Below, in pieces: positions 8,974-18,990 of a DNA stretch of 60,764 nucleotides (its first letter is position 1; the number at the start of each line of letters is the position of its first letter). A program made the position numbers and the translations under genes. The notes beneath the pieces were generated by a model, which was given only the letters and a program-made list of their open reading frames with translations, searched no databases and was not told the origin of the DNA. The stretch is from an uncultured Methylococcaceae bacterium (GTDB taxonomy: Bacteria > Pseudomonadota > Gammaproteobacteria > Methylococcales > Methylomonadaceae): NCBI GenBank assembly GCA_903918335.1, contig CAIXDX010000103.1, forward strand, positions 1-60,764, in the 5' to 3' direction.

Positions 8974-10869
8974 ATGCGCGCTAAATTGTTTATCTGTTTA
9001 TGTTTGATTGTGTTTAGCGTTTATGTAAATGCGCAAAATGATGAGTTTTCTCTTAACTTAAAAGATGTAGACATTCATACATTAATAGAAACAGTTGCAG
9101 ATGCAACGGGTAAAAATTTTATTGTTGATCCGCGTGTCACAGGTAATATATCAGTTATTACATCTACACCTATGAAAGCCTCGCAAGTATATGATGTTTT
9201 TTTGTCTATACTTAAAGTGAATGGTTATGCTGCTGTGCCTAGCGGAAATGTTATAAAAATTGTGCCTAATTTATCTGCAAAAGAGGATGGTTTAGAAAGT
9301 CAGATTCGTGAGAAAGCTATCAATGGGGACGGGCAACTCACTCGAATTGTGCAGGTAAGTCATGTTGATCCTGTTTCAGTTGTACAAACATTATTGCCAT
9401 TGATGCCACAACATGCATTTTTAGCGGCAGTAAAGGAAAGTAAAACAATTATCCTTTCAGATACCGCTTCTAATGTTAATCGATTAGCTTTAATGATTAA
9501 AGAGATAGACCGTAGCGATACCCATAATATAGAAGTAGTCACTTTGAATTATGCAATAGCAGAAGATTTAATCCTGCCTATAAATACGCTTATTTCTAAT
9601 CTTATGATTGGGAGAACTGTCTCTAGTGTTCCGCTGGTGGCAGATAGTCGATCGAATTCGATTATTATTGGAGGAGATCCTGAGTTGCGTAATCAATTGA
9701 AAGTGCTAATACGAAATCTTGATGTTCCTAATCCTCCCAGGAAAGATGGTGAAACCGAGGTTATTTATTTGCATTATGCTTTAGCAAAAGACTTAGTTGA
9801 AACCTTAACTGGCGTTGGTAATAAAAAGGACGAAAAAGCTGATCAGTCTAAAACTTTAGATAGCACTCAAAAAGATTTCGATATTAGAGCAAACACTGCT
9901 ACTAATGCATTGATCATTACTGCACCAGCAGAAATCATGGCTTCTATTAAGGATGTCATAAAAAAATTGGATATTCGAAGGGCTCAAGTTCATATAGAGG
10001 CAATTATTGTTGAAGTAAACTACGATAAACAACAGAACGTGGGGGTTGAGTGGCACACTAAACTGGTCAATAACGGTGTTGCTGTCACTTCGTCGCCTGC
10101 TACTTTAGGGAGTATGCTTAGCGCAGCAGGTAAAGGACTCAGTGTAGGCTATATGGTGGGTAGCGAATTACGTGCATTAATGAATGCTTTTGCAAGCGAT
10201 AACAATGTCAACGTGCTATCAACTCCTTCGTTGGTAACAATGGATAATGAAGAAGCTAACATGATTGTTGGTCAAAATATCCCGATACTTAGTGGTAGTT
10301 TTACAGCAGTGGCTGGGCAGGCCGGAAACGTAGGTTCAACTTATGTTCGACAAGATGTCGGTGTTAAACTTAAAGTTACACCGCAAATTAACGAAGGTAA
10401 CGTCATAAAGCTAAAGGTTAAGCAAGAGGTGTCTAGTGTTGATAATACTGTGATTCCACCTGCAGGCTCTAATCCAGGACCTACGCTTAATAAGCGTGAA
10501 ATAGATACTTCTGTGTTGGTAGATGACGGGAAAATCTTAGTGTTAGGTGGGCTTATCAGTGATGATGTTGAAGTTACAGTAGATAAGGTACCTGTCCTTG
10601 GAGACTTGCCGTTTATAGGTCATGCCTTTCAAAACAATGTAACGTCAAATATAAAAAAGAATTTAATGGTTTTTTTACGTCCAGTCATTGTTCGTGATCC
10701 AGATAAAGCTGCACTTGTAACCAACGATAGATATAACGAGTTACGCAATCTTCAACAACAATCCGCAAAGCGCGGTTTGTTATTAATGCCTAATGAACAT
10801 GAGTCTGTACTCCCTGTATTAACGCCTGAAAACGCCAGTAATATGGCAACGGTGCCGGTAATTAAATAA
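8974..10869 (+). CDS. gspD: T2SS secretin D
   Basis: Signal peptide, GKNFIVDPRV.G N0 domain, LDIRRAQVHIEAIIVE, KVPVLGDLPFIG..F secretin motifs. Confidence 0.97.
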   Translation: MRAKLFICLCLIVFSVYVNAQNDEFSLNLKDVDIHTLIETVADATGKNFIVDPRVTGNISVITSTPMKASQVYDVFLSILKVNGYAAVPSGNVIKIVPNLSAKEDGLESQIREKAINGDGQLTRIVQVSHVDPVSVVQTLLPLMPQHAFLAAVKESKTIILSDTASNVNRLALMIKEIDRSDTHNIEVVTLNYAIAEDLILPINTLISNLMIGRTVSSVPLVADSRSNSIIIGGDPELRNQLKVLIRNLDVPNPPRKDGETEVIYLHYALAKDLVETLTGVGNKKDEKADQSKTLDSTQKDFDIRANTATNALIITAPAEIMASIKDVIKKLDIRRAQVHIEAIIVEVNYDKQQNVGVEWHTKLVNNGVAVTSSPATLGSMLSAAGKGLSVGYMVGSELRALMNAFASDNNVNVLSTPSLVTMDNEEANMIVGQNIPILSGSFTAVAGQAGNVGSTYVRQDVGVKLKVTPQINEGNVIKLKVKQEVSSVDNTVIPPAGSNPGPTLNKREIDTSVLVDDGKILVLGGLISDDVEVTVDKVPVLGDLPFIGHAFQNNVTSNIKKNLMVFLRPVIVRDPDKAALVTNDRYNELRNLQQQSAKRGLLLMPNEHESVLPVLTPENASNMATVPVIK

Positions 10870-12389
10870 TGAGCGTAGATGCTGCGTTTGATTCTACCCA
10901 ACTGGAGTTAGGTCTTAAAATACCATCTTATAGTTTTGCTAAAAGACATGGTGTTTTAGTAAAAGTAAATAAGGATAATCAAACTGAGCTTATACATCAT
11001 AAAAAAGTATGCATGCAGGCGTTATTTGAAGTTCGTAGATTAGTCGATAAACCTATAAAGTGTCTTGCTGTCAAAGAAGATGAGTTTGATCGTTTATTGC
11101 AAGAGACTTATGAGCAAAAATCTGGCCATGCACAACAAATGGTTGATGATATGCAAGACAGCATGGACTTGTCATATATGGCTTCACATCTTCCCACGCC
11201 AGAGGATTTGCTAGAGAGCGCTGATGAAGCCCCCATTATTCGATTAATTAATGCATTATTAACAGAGGCCATTAAAGAGAATGCATCAGATATACATATT
11301 GAATCATACGAAAAACGCATGGTGGTTAGATTTCGTGTGGATGGCACTTTACGGGAAATTTTAGAACCTCAGCGCGAATTTGCGCCTATGGTTATTTCTC
11401 GACTCAAAGTGATGGCTAGATTAGATATCGCTGAAAAAAGATTGCCACAAGATGGTCGAATCTCTTTGAATATTGGCGGTAGAACTGTGGATGTGCGAGT
11501 GTCTACCTTGCCTTCGGGTCATGGTGAACGTGTCGTATTAAGATTACTTGATAAGCAAGCAAATCAATTAAATCTCAAACAAATCGGAATGGCTGATCAA
11601 GAATTCGACTGTATTCAAGAAATGATTACAAAGCCCCACGGTATTATATTAGTCACAGGCCCTACCGGTTCAGGAAAAACCACCAGTTTATACGCCATCG
11701 TCAATCAATTAAATGAGCGTACCCGTAATATTCTGACCGTAGAAGACCCCATAGAATTTTATCTAGACGGTATTGGTCAAACCCAAGTTAACAGTAAAGT
11801 TGAAATGACGTTCGCCAAAGGACTGCGTGCCATATTAAGACAAGATCCCGATGTCGTTATGGTAGGTGAGATTCGCGATAAAGAAACAGCAGAAATTGCT
11901 GTCCAAGCAAGTTTAACAGGTCATTTAGTTTTATCAACTTTACACACAAATTCTGCGGTAGGGGCCATTACTCGTTTAAGAGACATGGGCGTAGAGCCAT
12001 TTTTATTGGCTTCTAGTTTAGTGGGTGTTATTGCCCAACGTTTAGTGCGTAAATTATGCTCATTCTGTAAAGTGTTAGTGACTGTGCCAGTGAATGACCT
12101 AGAAAAATTGGGCTTAACTGCGGTAAACGCTGAGCAGACAGTCGCAATTTATGAAGCCCAAGGGTGCAGTCACTGTGCTCATAGAGGTTATAAGGGCCGT
12201 GCGGGTATCTTTGAGATTATTTCGATTGATTCTGCTATGCGTAGTTTAATTCATGATTGTGCGGGCGATCAGTTTTTAGAAAAACAAGCGCGGCAGTTTT
12301 CACGCAGTATTCAAGAAAGTGCTTTAGAAAAAGTTCTAAAGGGTGAAACCAGTTTGGATGAAGCGATACGCATCACTCAAAAGGATTAA
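10869..12389 (+). CDS. gspE: T2SS ATPase E
   Basis: ASDIHIE, Walker A GPTGSGKT, LRQDPDVVMVGEIRD, tetracysteine CxxC...CxxC. Confidence 0.97.
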   Translation: MSVDAAFDSTQLELGLKIPSYSFAKRHGVLVKVNKDNQTELIHHKKVCMQALFEVRRLVDKPIKCLAVKEDEFDRLLQETYEQKSGHAQQMVDDMQDSMDLSYMASHLPTPEDLLESADEAPIIRLINALLTEAIKENASDIHIESYEKRMVVRFRVDGTLREILEPQREFAPMVISRLKVMARLDIAEKRLPQDGRISLNIGGRTVDVRVSTLPSGHGERVVLRLLDKQANQLNLKQIGMADQEFDCIQEMITKPHGIILVTGPTGSGKTTSLYAIVNQLNERTRNILTVEDPIEFYLDGIGQTQVNSKVEMTFAKGLRAILRQDPDVVMVGEIRDKETAEIAVQASLTGHLVLSTLHTNSAVGAITRLRDMGVEPFLLASSLVGVIAQRLVRKLCSFCKVLVTVPVNDLEKLGLTAVNAEQTVAIYEAQGCSHCAHRGYKGRAGIFEIISIDSAMRSLIHDCAGDQFLEKQARQFSRSIQESALEKVLKGETSLDEAIRITQKD

Positions 12390-12392
12390 GCG

Positions 12393-13604
12393 ATGCCTGT
12401 CTTTGAATATAGAGCCCTAAATACCGCCGGAAAAACGCTAAAAGGCAATATTGAAGGGGATACCCTTAAGTTAGCAAGACAGAATCTAAAAAACCAAAAG
12501 CTCATACTACTCGATATTGTAGAAGTCCATAAAAAAGAGCATGCGGGTCAAACGGGTTTAATATCGCAACGCATCAGTATGCGGCAACTCGCTCATATTA
12601 CCCGACAATTAGCGGCCTTATTGGGTTCTGGTTTATCCATAGATGAAGCACTGGGCATTACTGCAAAGCAACTTGATTCAGCAAAAGCCAAACGCATTTT
12701 ATTAGGTGTCAGAAGCCGAATTATGGAAGGACAAAGTTTAGCGCAAGCTTGCTCTGCCTTTCCTAATTCATTTCCGGCGCTTTATCGAGCGACAGTTGAG
12801 GCTGGAGAGTCTTCAGGTAAATTGGATCAAGTATTACAACGTTTGGCTGATTACATGGCAGATAAAGGTCAATTACAAAGTAAGTTGCAGATGGCTATGA
12901 TTTATCCCGTCATGTTAACTTCTGTTTCGATATTAGTGGTGATAGGTTTATTAGCGTATGTGGTACCAGAAATCACCAGTGTCTTTGATAAAATGGGCGG
13001 TGAACTGCCCACAATCACTAAAGTATTAATTGCCTGCAGTGATTTTTTTAAGCATTACGGTTTAGTATTAATTGCTGTTTTAATCGGTTTGGGGTCAGCT
13101 TTTAAGGCGCTGTTGCGCGTTCCTGGGCCTCGCATGCGTTATCATCTTTTTTTATTAAATACGCCTTTTATCGCTCGCTTCTCAAAAGGCATGAATACCG
13201 CACAATTTACCCGTACCCTAGCCATATTAACTAACAGTGGTGTTGAATTACTACAAGCCTTGAGTATCGCCAGTCAAGTAGTGACTAATGATGCCATGAA
13301 AACTGCCATAGAAATGGCTTCGCTTAAAGTAAGAGAAGGGCAGAGTTTACATAAAGCAATGGAGGTTAGCGGTCTGTTCCCTTTAGTCACCGTGCATTTG
13401 GTGGCAAGTGGCGAGGCGAGTGGACAGTTACCTAAGATGTTGGCGGCTGCTGCTGATGATCAAGAGCGTGATATTCAAGCCCTAACCGAAATGACTTTAG
13501 GCTTGTTTGAGCCTTTATTGATATTATTTATGGGCTTAGTGGTATTGGCTATTGTGTTAGCGATATTATTACCAATTTTTGAAATGAATCAACTGATTAG
13601 ATAA
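12393..13604 (+). CDS. gspF: T2SS inner membrane platform protein F
   Basis: MPVFEYRAL start, AGESSGKLD, AMIYP, GEASGQL, three TM segments. Confidence 0.97.
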   Translation: MPVFEYRALNTAGKTLKGNIEGDTLKLARQNLKNQKLILLDIVEVHKKEHAGQTGLISQRISMRQLAHITRQLAALLGSGLSIDEALGITAKQLDSAKAKRILLGVRSRIMEGQSLAQACSAFPNSFPALYRATVEAGESSGKLDQVLQRLADYMADKGQLQSKLQMAMIYPVMLTSVSILVVIGLLAYVVPEITSVFDKMGGELPTITKVLIACSDFFKHYGLVLIAVLIGLGSAFKALLRVPGPRMRYHLFLLNTPFIARFSKGMNTAQFTRTLAILTNSGVELLQALSIASQVVTNDAMKTAIEMASLKVREGQSLHKAMEVSGLFPLVTVHLVASGEASGQLPKMLAAAADDQERDIQALTEMTLGLFEPLLILFMGLVVLAIVLAILLPIFEMNQLIR

Positions 13605-13647
13605 TTTACCCACTAATCTATTTTAAATGTGAATGAGTGTTTTAGCT

Positions 13648-14079
13648 ATGTCTGATAAAAAACAAAAAGGTTTTACTTTAATCGAGGTAATGATTGTGGT
13701 CGTTATCCTCGGTATTTTAGCGTCTATTATTGTTCCCAAAATTATGGGTAGACCCGATGAGGCCCGTGCTACAAGAACCTTACAAGATATTAGAGCCATT
13801 ACCGCTGCTTTAGATTTGTATCGTTTAGATAATTACAGTTATCCAACAACAGAACAGGGCTTAGAAGCCTTAGTCACCAAACCGACGAATTTACCGCAAG
13901 GGACGCATTGGAAGCAGGGCGGTTATCTTGATCAATTACCTGTGGATGCTTGGGGTAAACCATACTATTATTTGAAACCTGGGGTGCATGGAGAGTTTGA
14001 TTTGTATTCTTATGGTGCAGACGGTGTTGAAGGAGGTAAAGATGCAGCTGCGGATATTACTAACTGGGTGCAAAAATAA
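13648..14079 (+). CDS. gspG: T2SS major pseudopilin G
   Basis: GFTLIE prepilin motif; ALDLYRLDN..YPTTEQGL.AL; DAWG..Y; SYGADG. ORF track starts at 13633. Confidence 0.97.
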   Translation: MSDKKQKGFTLIEVMIVVVILGILASIIVPKIMGRPDEARATRTLQDIRAITAALDLYRLDNYSYPTTEQGLEALVTKPTNLPQGTHWKQGGYLDQLPVDAWGKPYYYLKPGVHGEFDLYSYGADGVEGGKDAAADITNWVQK

Positions 14080-14106
14080 GAAGTAAGTTGATCTAGCCCA
14101 ATAACG

Positions 14107-14613
14107 ATGTTTAAGCCCCGAGGGTTTACTTTAATTGAATTGCTGATAGTTTTGGTTTTAATAGCTGTAATAACAGGTATGGCAATGTTATCAATGGGGA
14201 TTGCTGATCCTCGTGATCAGCAAAAGCTAGAGTCAGAAAGGCTCTTAAAGTTGTTAGAATTGGCCACTCAAGAAGCGATAGTTCGAAGTGAAATGATAGG
14301 GGTGGAGTTTTCTAAACAGGGTTATCGGTTTGTCAGTCTTAAACAGCAAAAATGGCAAGTAGAAGAGTCAGATATAATCTTCAAACCCAGAGAAATAAAG
14401 CCTATCTTGACATTGGCATTGACTAAAAATACTAGCCGTATCGATTTACCTTTACTCTCTAATTTTAATTTAAAGCCTCAAATTATTATAAGTCCAGCTG
14501 GAGATATTGAGCCATTTGAGTTGAGTGTGGCATTGCAGAATAGTAAGAGTATTTTTTGGGTGTCCAATACTGCAGATAATGGCTTAGTATTAAAGTCTGA
14601 AGACCCACGTTGA
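14107..14613 (+). CDS. gspH: T2SS minor pseudopilin H
   Basis: GFTLIELL motif; position after gspG. Confidence 0.9.
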   Translation: MFKPRGFTLIELLIVLVLIAVITGMAMLSMGIADPRDQQKLESERLLKLLELATQEAIVRSEMIGVEFSKQGYRFVSLKQQKWQVEESDIIFKPREIKPILTLALTKNTSRIDLPLLSNFNLKPQIIISPAGDIEPFELSVALQNSKSIFWVSNTADNGLVLKSEDPR

Positions 14614-14984
14614 TGTCGAATAGTCAGTTTAAATTATCTCCGGGATTCACACTATTAGAAGTGTTAATTGCTTTGGCATTATTAGCCATTCTAATGGCGA
14701 GTACTATTAAAATTACGGCTAATAATATTAGTAATTTAGTGTATCTAGAGAATAAAACCTTGGCTTCTATAATTGCCAGTAATCATGAGATATCAATTCG
14801 ATTGAATGTAGAAAAACCTGAAACACTCGATGGCTGGGATGAAATGTCAGGACGACGTTGGTATTGGACTATGAACAGAAGTCTCTCGGATTATCCCGGG
14901 ATAATACGTTATCGAATAGAAGTCTTCTTAGAAGGAGATAAACAGCCATTGCTTACTTTATTTAGTCATATGCCTAAAAACTAG
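14613..14984 (+). CDS. gspI: T2SS minor pseudopilin I
   Basis: GFTLLEVLIALA, LENKTLA, EMSGRRWYW; ATG overlaps the gspH stop. Confidence 0.9.
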   Translation: MSNSQFKLSPGFTLLEVLIALALLAILMASTIKITANNISNLVYLENKTLASIIASNHEISIRLNVEKPETLDGWDEMSGRRWYWTMNRSLSDYPGIIRYRIEVFLEGDKQPLLTLFSHMPKN

Positions 14985-14995
14985 TCCATTTATGT

Positions 14996-15595
14996 ATGAA
15001 GGGAAATGTTTTGTATAAACAACGTAATAAACAAGTGGGCTTCACCTTAATTGAAATATTGATTGCTTTAGCTATATTTACGATTATGTCTATGATGGCT
15101 TATGCGGGGTTAGCGGCTGTACTAGATGCAAAAGCAAATACGGTGCCTAGATCAGAACAATTGGCGCAATTACAAACCACCTTATATTTGTTGAATGAGG
15201 ACTTTACTCAAGTGATCGATCGATCTATCAGAGATGAACTGGGGAGTAATGACTCCGCTTTTGATAGGGGAAGAGGCCATGAAGTTTTAGTTTTTACTCG
15301 TACAGTACCCGATTGGACGAATGATATGACACCTAATAAAGTACAAAGAATCAGTTATCGTATAGAAGAAGGCGTGTTATATCGACGAGTTTATGACTTA
15401 TTAGATAGAACCCTGCAAACGACTTACACAACTAGAAAATTACTAAATATTAAGGAGCTTACTCTAAAGCAGTATGTAAAAGAGAGTAAGAGTTGGGAGC
15501 CGTATAATGGCGGTGGCGAAATTCCAGTTGCGCTAGATATTAGCTTTAGCTTAGAAAGTTTAGGTAAGATTCATCGAACATTTTTACTACGCTAA
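14996..15595 (+). CDS. gspJ: T2SS minor pseudopilin J
   Basis: GFTLIEILIALAIF, R.IRDELG, QRISYR motifs. Confidence 0.92.
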   Translation: MKGNVLYKQRNKQVGFTLIEILIALAIFTIMSMMAYAGLAAVLDAKANTVPRSEQLAQLQTTLYLLNEDFTQVIDRSIRDELGSNDSAFDRGRGHEVLVFTRTVPDWTNDMTPNKVQRISYRIEEGVLYRRVYDLLDRTLQTTYTTRKLLNIKELTLKQYVKESKSWEPYNGGGEIPVALDISFSLESLGKIHRTFLLR

Positions 15596-16539
15596 TGATG
15601 ATTTTTAAAACATTCTCTGCTCAAAACGGTATTGCGCTTATAACCGTGATGCTTGTTTTAGCTGTGGTATCAGTTGCTTTAATGTCCATGTCAAGTGATC
15701 GTCAGATGGACACGCGTAGAACAGAAAATCAGTTGCGTTCATTGCAAGCATGGCAAACAGTTTATGAAATAGAAGCATGGGCGATAGGTCAGCTTAAATC
15801 TGATGTTGATGCTAATAAAAATGATGGACTATATGATGCATTAAATGATGATTGGAATAAACCATTAAAGTCAAAGCCAACAGTACAAGGTACCTTAAAA
15901 GCGAATATAGAAGATCTTCAGGGTCGGATTAATCTGAATAATTTGATAGTTGATAATAAGGTAGATGCAGAAAGTGTTCAGCAATTAAAGCGTTTGTTTA
16001 CTAACTTAAATATTAAACCGAGTATTGTTGAGGCGTTGGTGGATTGGGTAGATAAGGATATGTTAGTCAATAGCTCAGGCGGAGCAGAAGATGAGTATTA
16101 CACTAAACTATCTCCACCCTATCGAAGTGCAAACACATTATTTGCGGATGTTAGTGAATTATTAAAAGTGCGAGGCATAACGTCTGTTGTATATAAAAAA
16201 TTACTTCCTTACATTTATGTTGCTCCAACTTATGAGTCAATTAATATTAATACAGCCAGTGTTGAAGTATTAAGAACATTGGCCCCCGATATTACGAAAA
16301 AAGATGCAGAATCTATTTATTCAGCTAGCGGTAAACCGTTTAAAAAAGTGCAGCTGTTTTTAGAAGACGAAGCCATGGGGGGTATAGCAGTTAATAAAGA
16401 TCATTTAACGGTGATTAGTTCATATTTTTTATTATCAGGACAGATCACTATGGGTAAAAGCGACTTAATTTTTCAGTCACAACTAAACCGCGATAATCTT
16501 GGTAAAGTTAGCGTGCTTAAGCGCTTGCGAAGGAGTTAA
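15595..16539 (+). CDS. gspK: T2SS minor pseudopilin K
   Basis: GIALITVM, IEDLQGRINLNNL, DWVDKD, GAEDEYY, ININTA. Confidence 0.95.
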   Translation: MMIFKTFSAQNGIALITVMLVLAVVSVALMSMSSDRQMDTRRTENQLRSLQAWQTVYEIEAWAIGQLKSDVDANKNDGLYDALNDDWNKPLKSKPTVQGTLKANIEDLQGRINLNNLIVDNKVDAESVQQLKRLFTNLNIKPSIVEALVDWVDKDMLVNSSGGAEDEYYTKLSPPYRSANTLFADVSELLKVRGITSVVYKKLLPYIYVAPTYESININTASVEVLRTLAPDITKKDAESIYSASGKPFKKVQLFLEDEAMGGIAVNKDHLTVISSYFLLSGQITMGKSDLIFQSQLNRDNLGKVSVLKRLRRS

Positions 16540-16543
16540 GCAG

Positions 16544-17743
16544 GTGTCTATTTCTATCATTAGAATCTGTGATCATCAAAGCATGACGGTGGAATGGACT
16601 GTGACAACAACCATGGGTATTAAAATAGTTAAGCAAGGCTCATTACAAGAGTGTGCGGACAGTATTGAAGATCAATCAGTCATATTATTATTGCCAGCAT
16701 CAGATGTTTTATTGTTAGAGATTGACTTACCCGTTAAAAGTAATCATCAATTAAAAAAAGCTTTACCTTTTGCCCTAGAAGAGTGGTTGGCTGATGATGT
16801 AGAAACATACCATATTGTTTACTATCGCCAACCTAATGATAAGATTGAGGTAGCAATAATTAATGCCGAAAAACTTAAAATTATCATAGCTGCTTGTAAT
16901 GCGGCGGGGATTCAATTGACAGGCATATACTCAGAAGTTTTGGGGTTGCCGTATCAAGAAAATACTTTATCAGTATTGATTAATGATCAAAAAGTCTTGT
17001 TAAGAACGCAGCAGTGGTTAGGTGGTGGTATTGATCTAGATACACTACCTTACATAATAGAAAAATGGCTAGCTGATTACCCTAGTTCTGTCGCTGTAAA
17101 TTGTTGGACAAATAATGTCTCGCCAGATAGTTTAAAAAGCTTACCTATCGATTTGAATGTTTATCCAATAGATTCAGAAATACTCTTTTTAAAAATAGGT
17201 GCAGAAAAATTAGCGGGCGAACTTAATTTGCTCACTGGTATTTTTAAACAAAATAAACCTACCGATTTAACTTGGAAAAAATGGTTACCTGCATTGTCGG
17301 TTTTTTTTATAACTTTAGTGATGCAATTTGGCTTTTTAATGAAAGCCACTTGGGAAGCGAAAGCAGAGTTGGCACGCATAGATACCGAAACTTTAGATTT
17401 ATTTACGCACACTTTTCCAGAAATAAAGCGAGTTGTTAACATTAAAGCGCAAGCAGATCAGCAATTATTAGAGCTTAAGGCGCACAACGTGAGTAAAGGA
17501 AGTCCTTTTATGGATATCTTATATCAAACAGGTGGGGTATTTAGTACAAATACCGATATGGAAATTAAGAAATTAGATTTTGTTAATAAAGTGATGCGGT
17601 TACAATTTGTTTCTAAGGATATTGCTAAAGTTGATCAGCTCAAGCAACAAATAGAAAGTGCTGGCAAACTAACGGTGGCTATCCTTGCACTGGAATCCAA
17701 GCAAAATAATGCGGAGGTTGATTTTGAAATTAAACAAAAATGA
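16544..17743 (+). CDS. gspL: T2SS protein L
   Basis: ALPFALEE.LA.DVE..H and LNLL.G.F motifs, single TM; GTG at 16544 with AGGAG RBS at 16531 (ORF track starts at 16499). Confidence 0.9.
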   Translation: MSISIIRICDHQSMTVEWTVTTTMGIKIVKQGSLQECADSIEDQSVILLLPASDVLLLEIDLPVKSNHQLKKALPFALEEWLADDVETYHIVYYRQPNDKIEVAIINAEKLKIIIAACNAAGIQLTGIYSEVLGLPYQENTLSVLINDQKVLLRTQQWLGGGIDLDTLPYIIEKWLADYPSSVAVNCWTNNVSPDSLKSLPIDLNVYPIDSEILFLKIGAEKLAGELNLLTGIFKQNKPTDLTWKKWLPALSVFFITLVMQFGFLMKATWEAKAELARIDTETLDLFTHTFPEIKRVVNIKAQADQQLLELKAHNVSKGSPFMDILYQTGGVFSTNTDMEIKKLDFVNKVMRLQFVSKDIAKVDQLKQQIESAGKLTVAILALESKQNNAEVDFEIKQK

Positions 17744-18230
17744 TTTAGTGCGAGGCTTTCAATCCTTGTCCATCAGAGAGCGAAACTTAAGTATCGTGAC
17801 TCTCTTTATGGTCATAATTTATTGTCTATATATGTTTATCTATGCTCCGATAGAAACTGAAAAAATGCTGATAGAGCAAAAAATGATTTCACAGACAAAG
17901 CTGTATGACTATTTAAAGACTATCAGTGTTGAGGTGTCCGAGTTACGAAACAATCAGCAAATGAGTCCAATGACAGCAGAGACAGAATCATTAATGACAG
18001 TGGTTGAGGCTAGTAGTGTACATATGCAAATTAAACCCGCTATTAAGAGCATAATCTCGGAGGGTGAGAATAAAGTCAATATAAGCATAGAAGAAATTGT
18101 ATTTGACACATTAATAACGTGGCTTATTCAATTAGAGGCACTACACGGTATCACAGTGACCAATATAACTATTGCCGCACTTGAGAATAAAAAAGGCGAA
18201 GTGAGTACGCAGATATTGCTTAGTCGTTAG
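17724..18230 (+). CDS. gspM: T2SS protein M
   Basis: LS.RER + TM + FD.LI.WL..LE..HGI motif; TTG at 17724 with GGAGG RBS (ORF track starts at 17685). Confidence 0.88.
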   Translation: MKLNKNDLVRGFQSLSIRERNLSIVTLFMVIIYCLYMFIYAPIETEKMLIEQKMISQTKLYDYLKTISVEVSELRNNQQMSPMTAETESLMTVVEASSVHMQIKPAIKSIISEGENKVNISIEEIVFDTLITWLIQLEALHGITVTNITIAALENKKGEVSTQILLSR

Positions 18231-18684
18231 ATTTAACAAGTCCATATTTTGATAGTAAATAGTCTTGCAACCATAGATGAACGTCAATGTTCTTAGTTGA
18301 TTGAGCATCTAGTTGATTTGATAGGCGTTCACGTAGTAAATGATCAGGTACTAATAATAATTCTACGTCACACATATTAACAAATTTAGAAGGATCCGCA
18401 TTTAATTTATTAATAATTCTGAATAAATGCAGGGTTTTTATCTCTAAATCTTCAATAAATTGTCCTCTTAATTCTAGAAATAAAGGTAGTAAATCAGATC
18501 CAGAAAAATTTGGATCATTCAATTTTTTTAATTTACTTAAAAGGGTATTGATAGCCAGTCGGTAGAGTTTAGACTCTTTAATTAGAAGACGTGTTCCAAT
18601 ATATTTAATAGTATTTCTGTGCTTACTACTGATGCGTATTGAGACAATTTTTTTTGAGGAATTAAGGTCGTCTTCTGAGGTCAT
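18220..18684 (-). CDS. Ribbon-helix-helix (CopG/Arc-like) DNA-binding protein with C-terminal extension
   Basis: N-terminal KIVSIRIS strand followed by two helices (KHRNTIKYIGTRL..ESKLYRLAINTLL); convergent with gspM with an 11-nt overlap. Confidence 0.65.
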   Translation of the reverse strand: MTSEDDLNSSKKIVSIRISSKHRNTIKYIGTRLLIKESKLYRLAINTLLSKLKKLNDPNFSGSDLLPLFLELRGQFIEDLEIKTLHLFRIINKLNADPSKFVNMCDVELLLVPDHLLRERLSNQLDAQSTKNIDVHLWLQDYLLSKYGLVKSND

Positions 18685-18724
18685 TTGAAATTCAAAATAA
18701 AGTAATTAATGTCAATGTTCAGAT

Positions 18725-18758
18725 ATTTTAAAAATTTATTATGACATTGATGTTAATT
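18725..18758 (-). promoter_or_regulatory. Pho-box-like promoter of the RHH gene
   Basis: Minus strand AATTAACATCAATGTCAT (18758-18741), 10-bp spacer, TAAAAT (18730-18725). Confidence 0.55.
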
Positions 18759-18840
18759 TGAACGACTTTATTTAGGCTTACTTACAAATTTATAACTGAT
18801 ATTAAAATTTGATTAGTTAAATGTAATACATTTATCAAAA

Positions 18841-18886
18841 ATGTCATTAAAGCGTCATTAAGTTGTATTACTTGTATTGAGATAAT
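18841..18886 (+). promoter_or_regulatory. Pho-box-like promoter of the PstS/DING-like gene
   Basis: ATGTCATTAAAGCGTCATTAAGTTGTATT: GTCAT at 18843 and 18854, GTATT at 18865; then TGnGATAAT (18878-18886). GCGTCATTAA is identical to the gspC site. Confidence 0.7.
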
Positions 18887-18990
18887 GTAAATAGTATTTT
18901 TGCACGACGATTGTTCATATGAATATGATTCGGTTTTATGTAGATTTACTAAAATTTAGACATCTTTTCAATATTTCAGTGAGAATTACA

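Noticed and set aside
18919-18990. 24-residue N-terminal extension of the 595-aa ORF
   Set aside because: ATG 18991 begins a canonical signal peptide and has a GAGA RBS-like element; the extension is probably 5' UTR.
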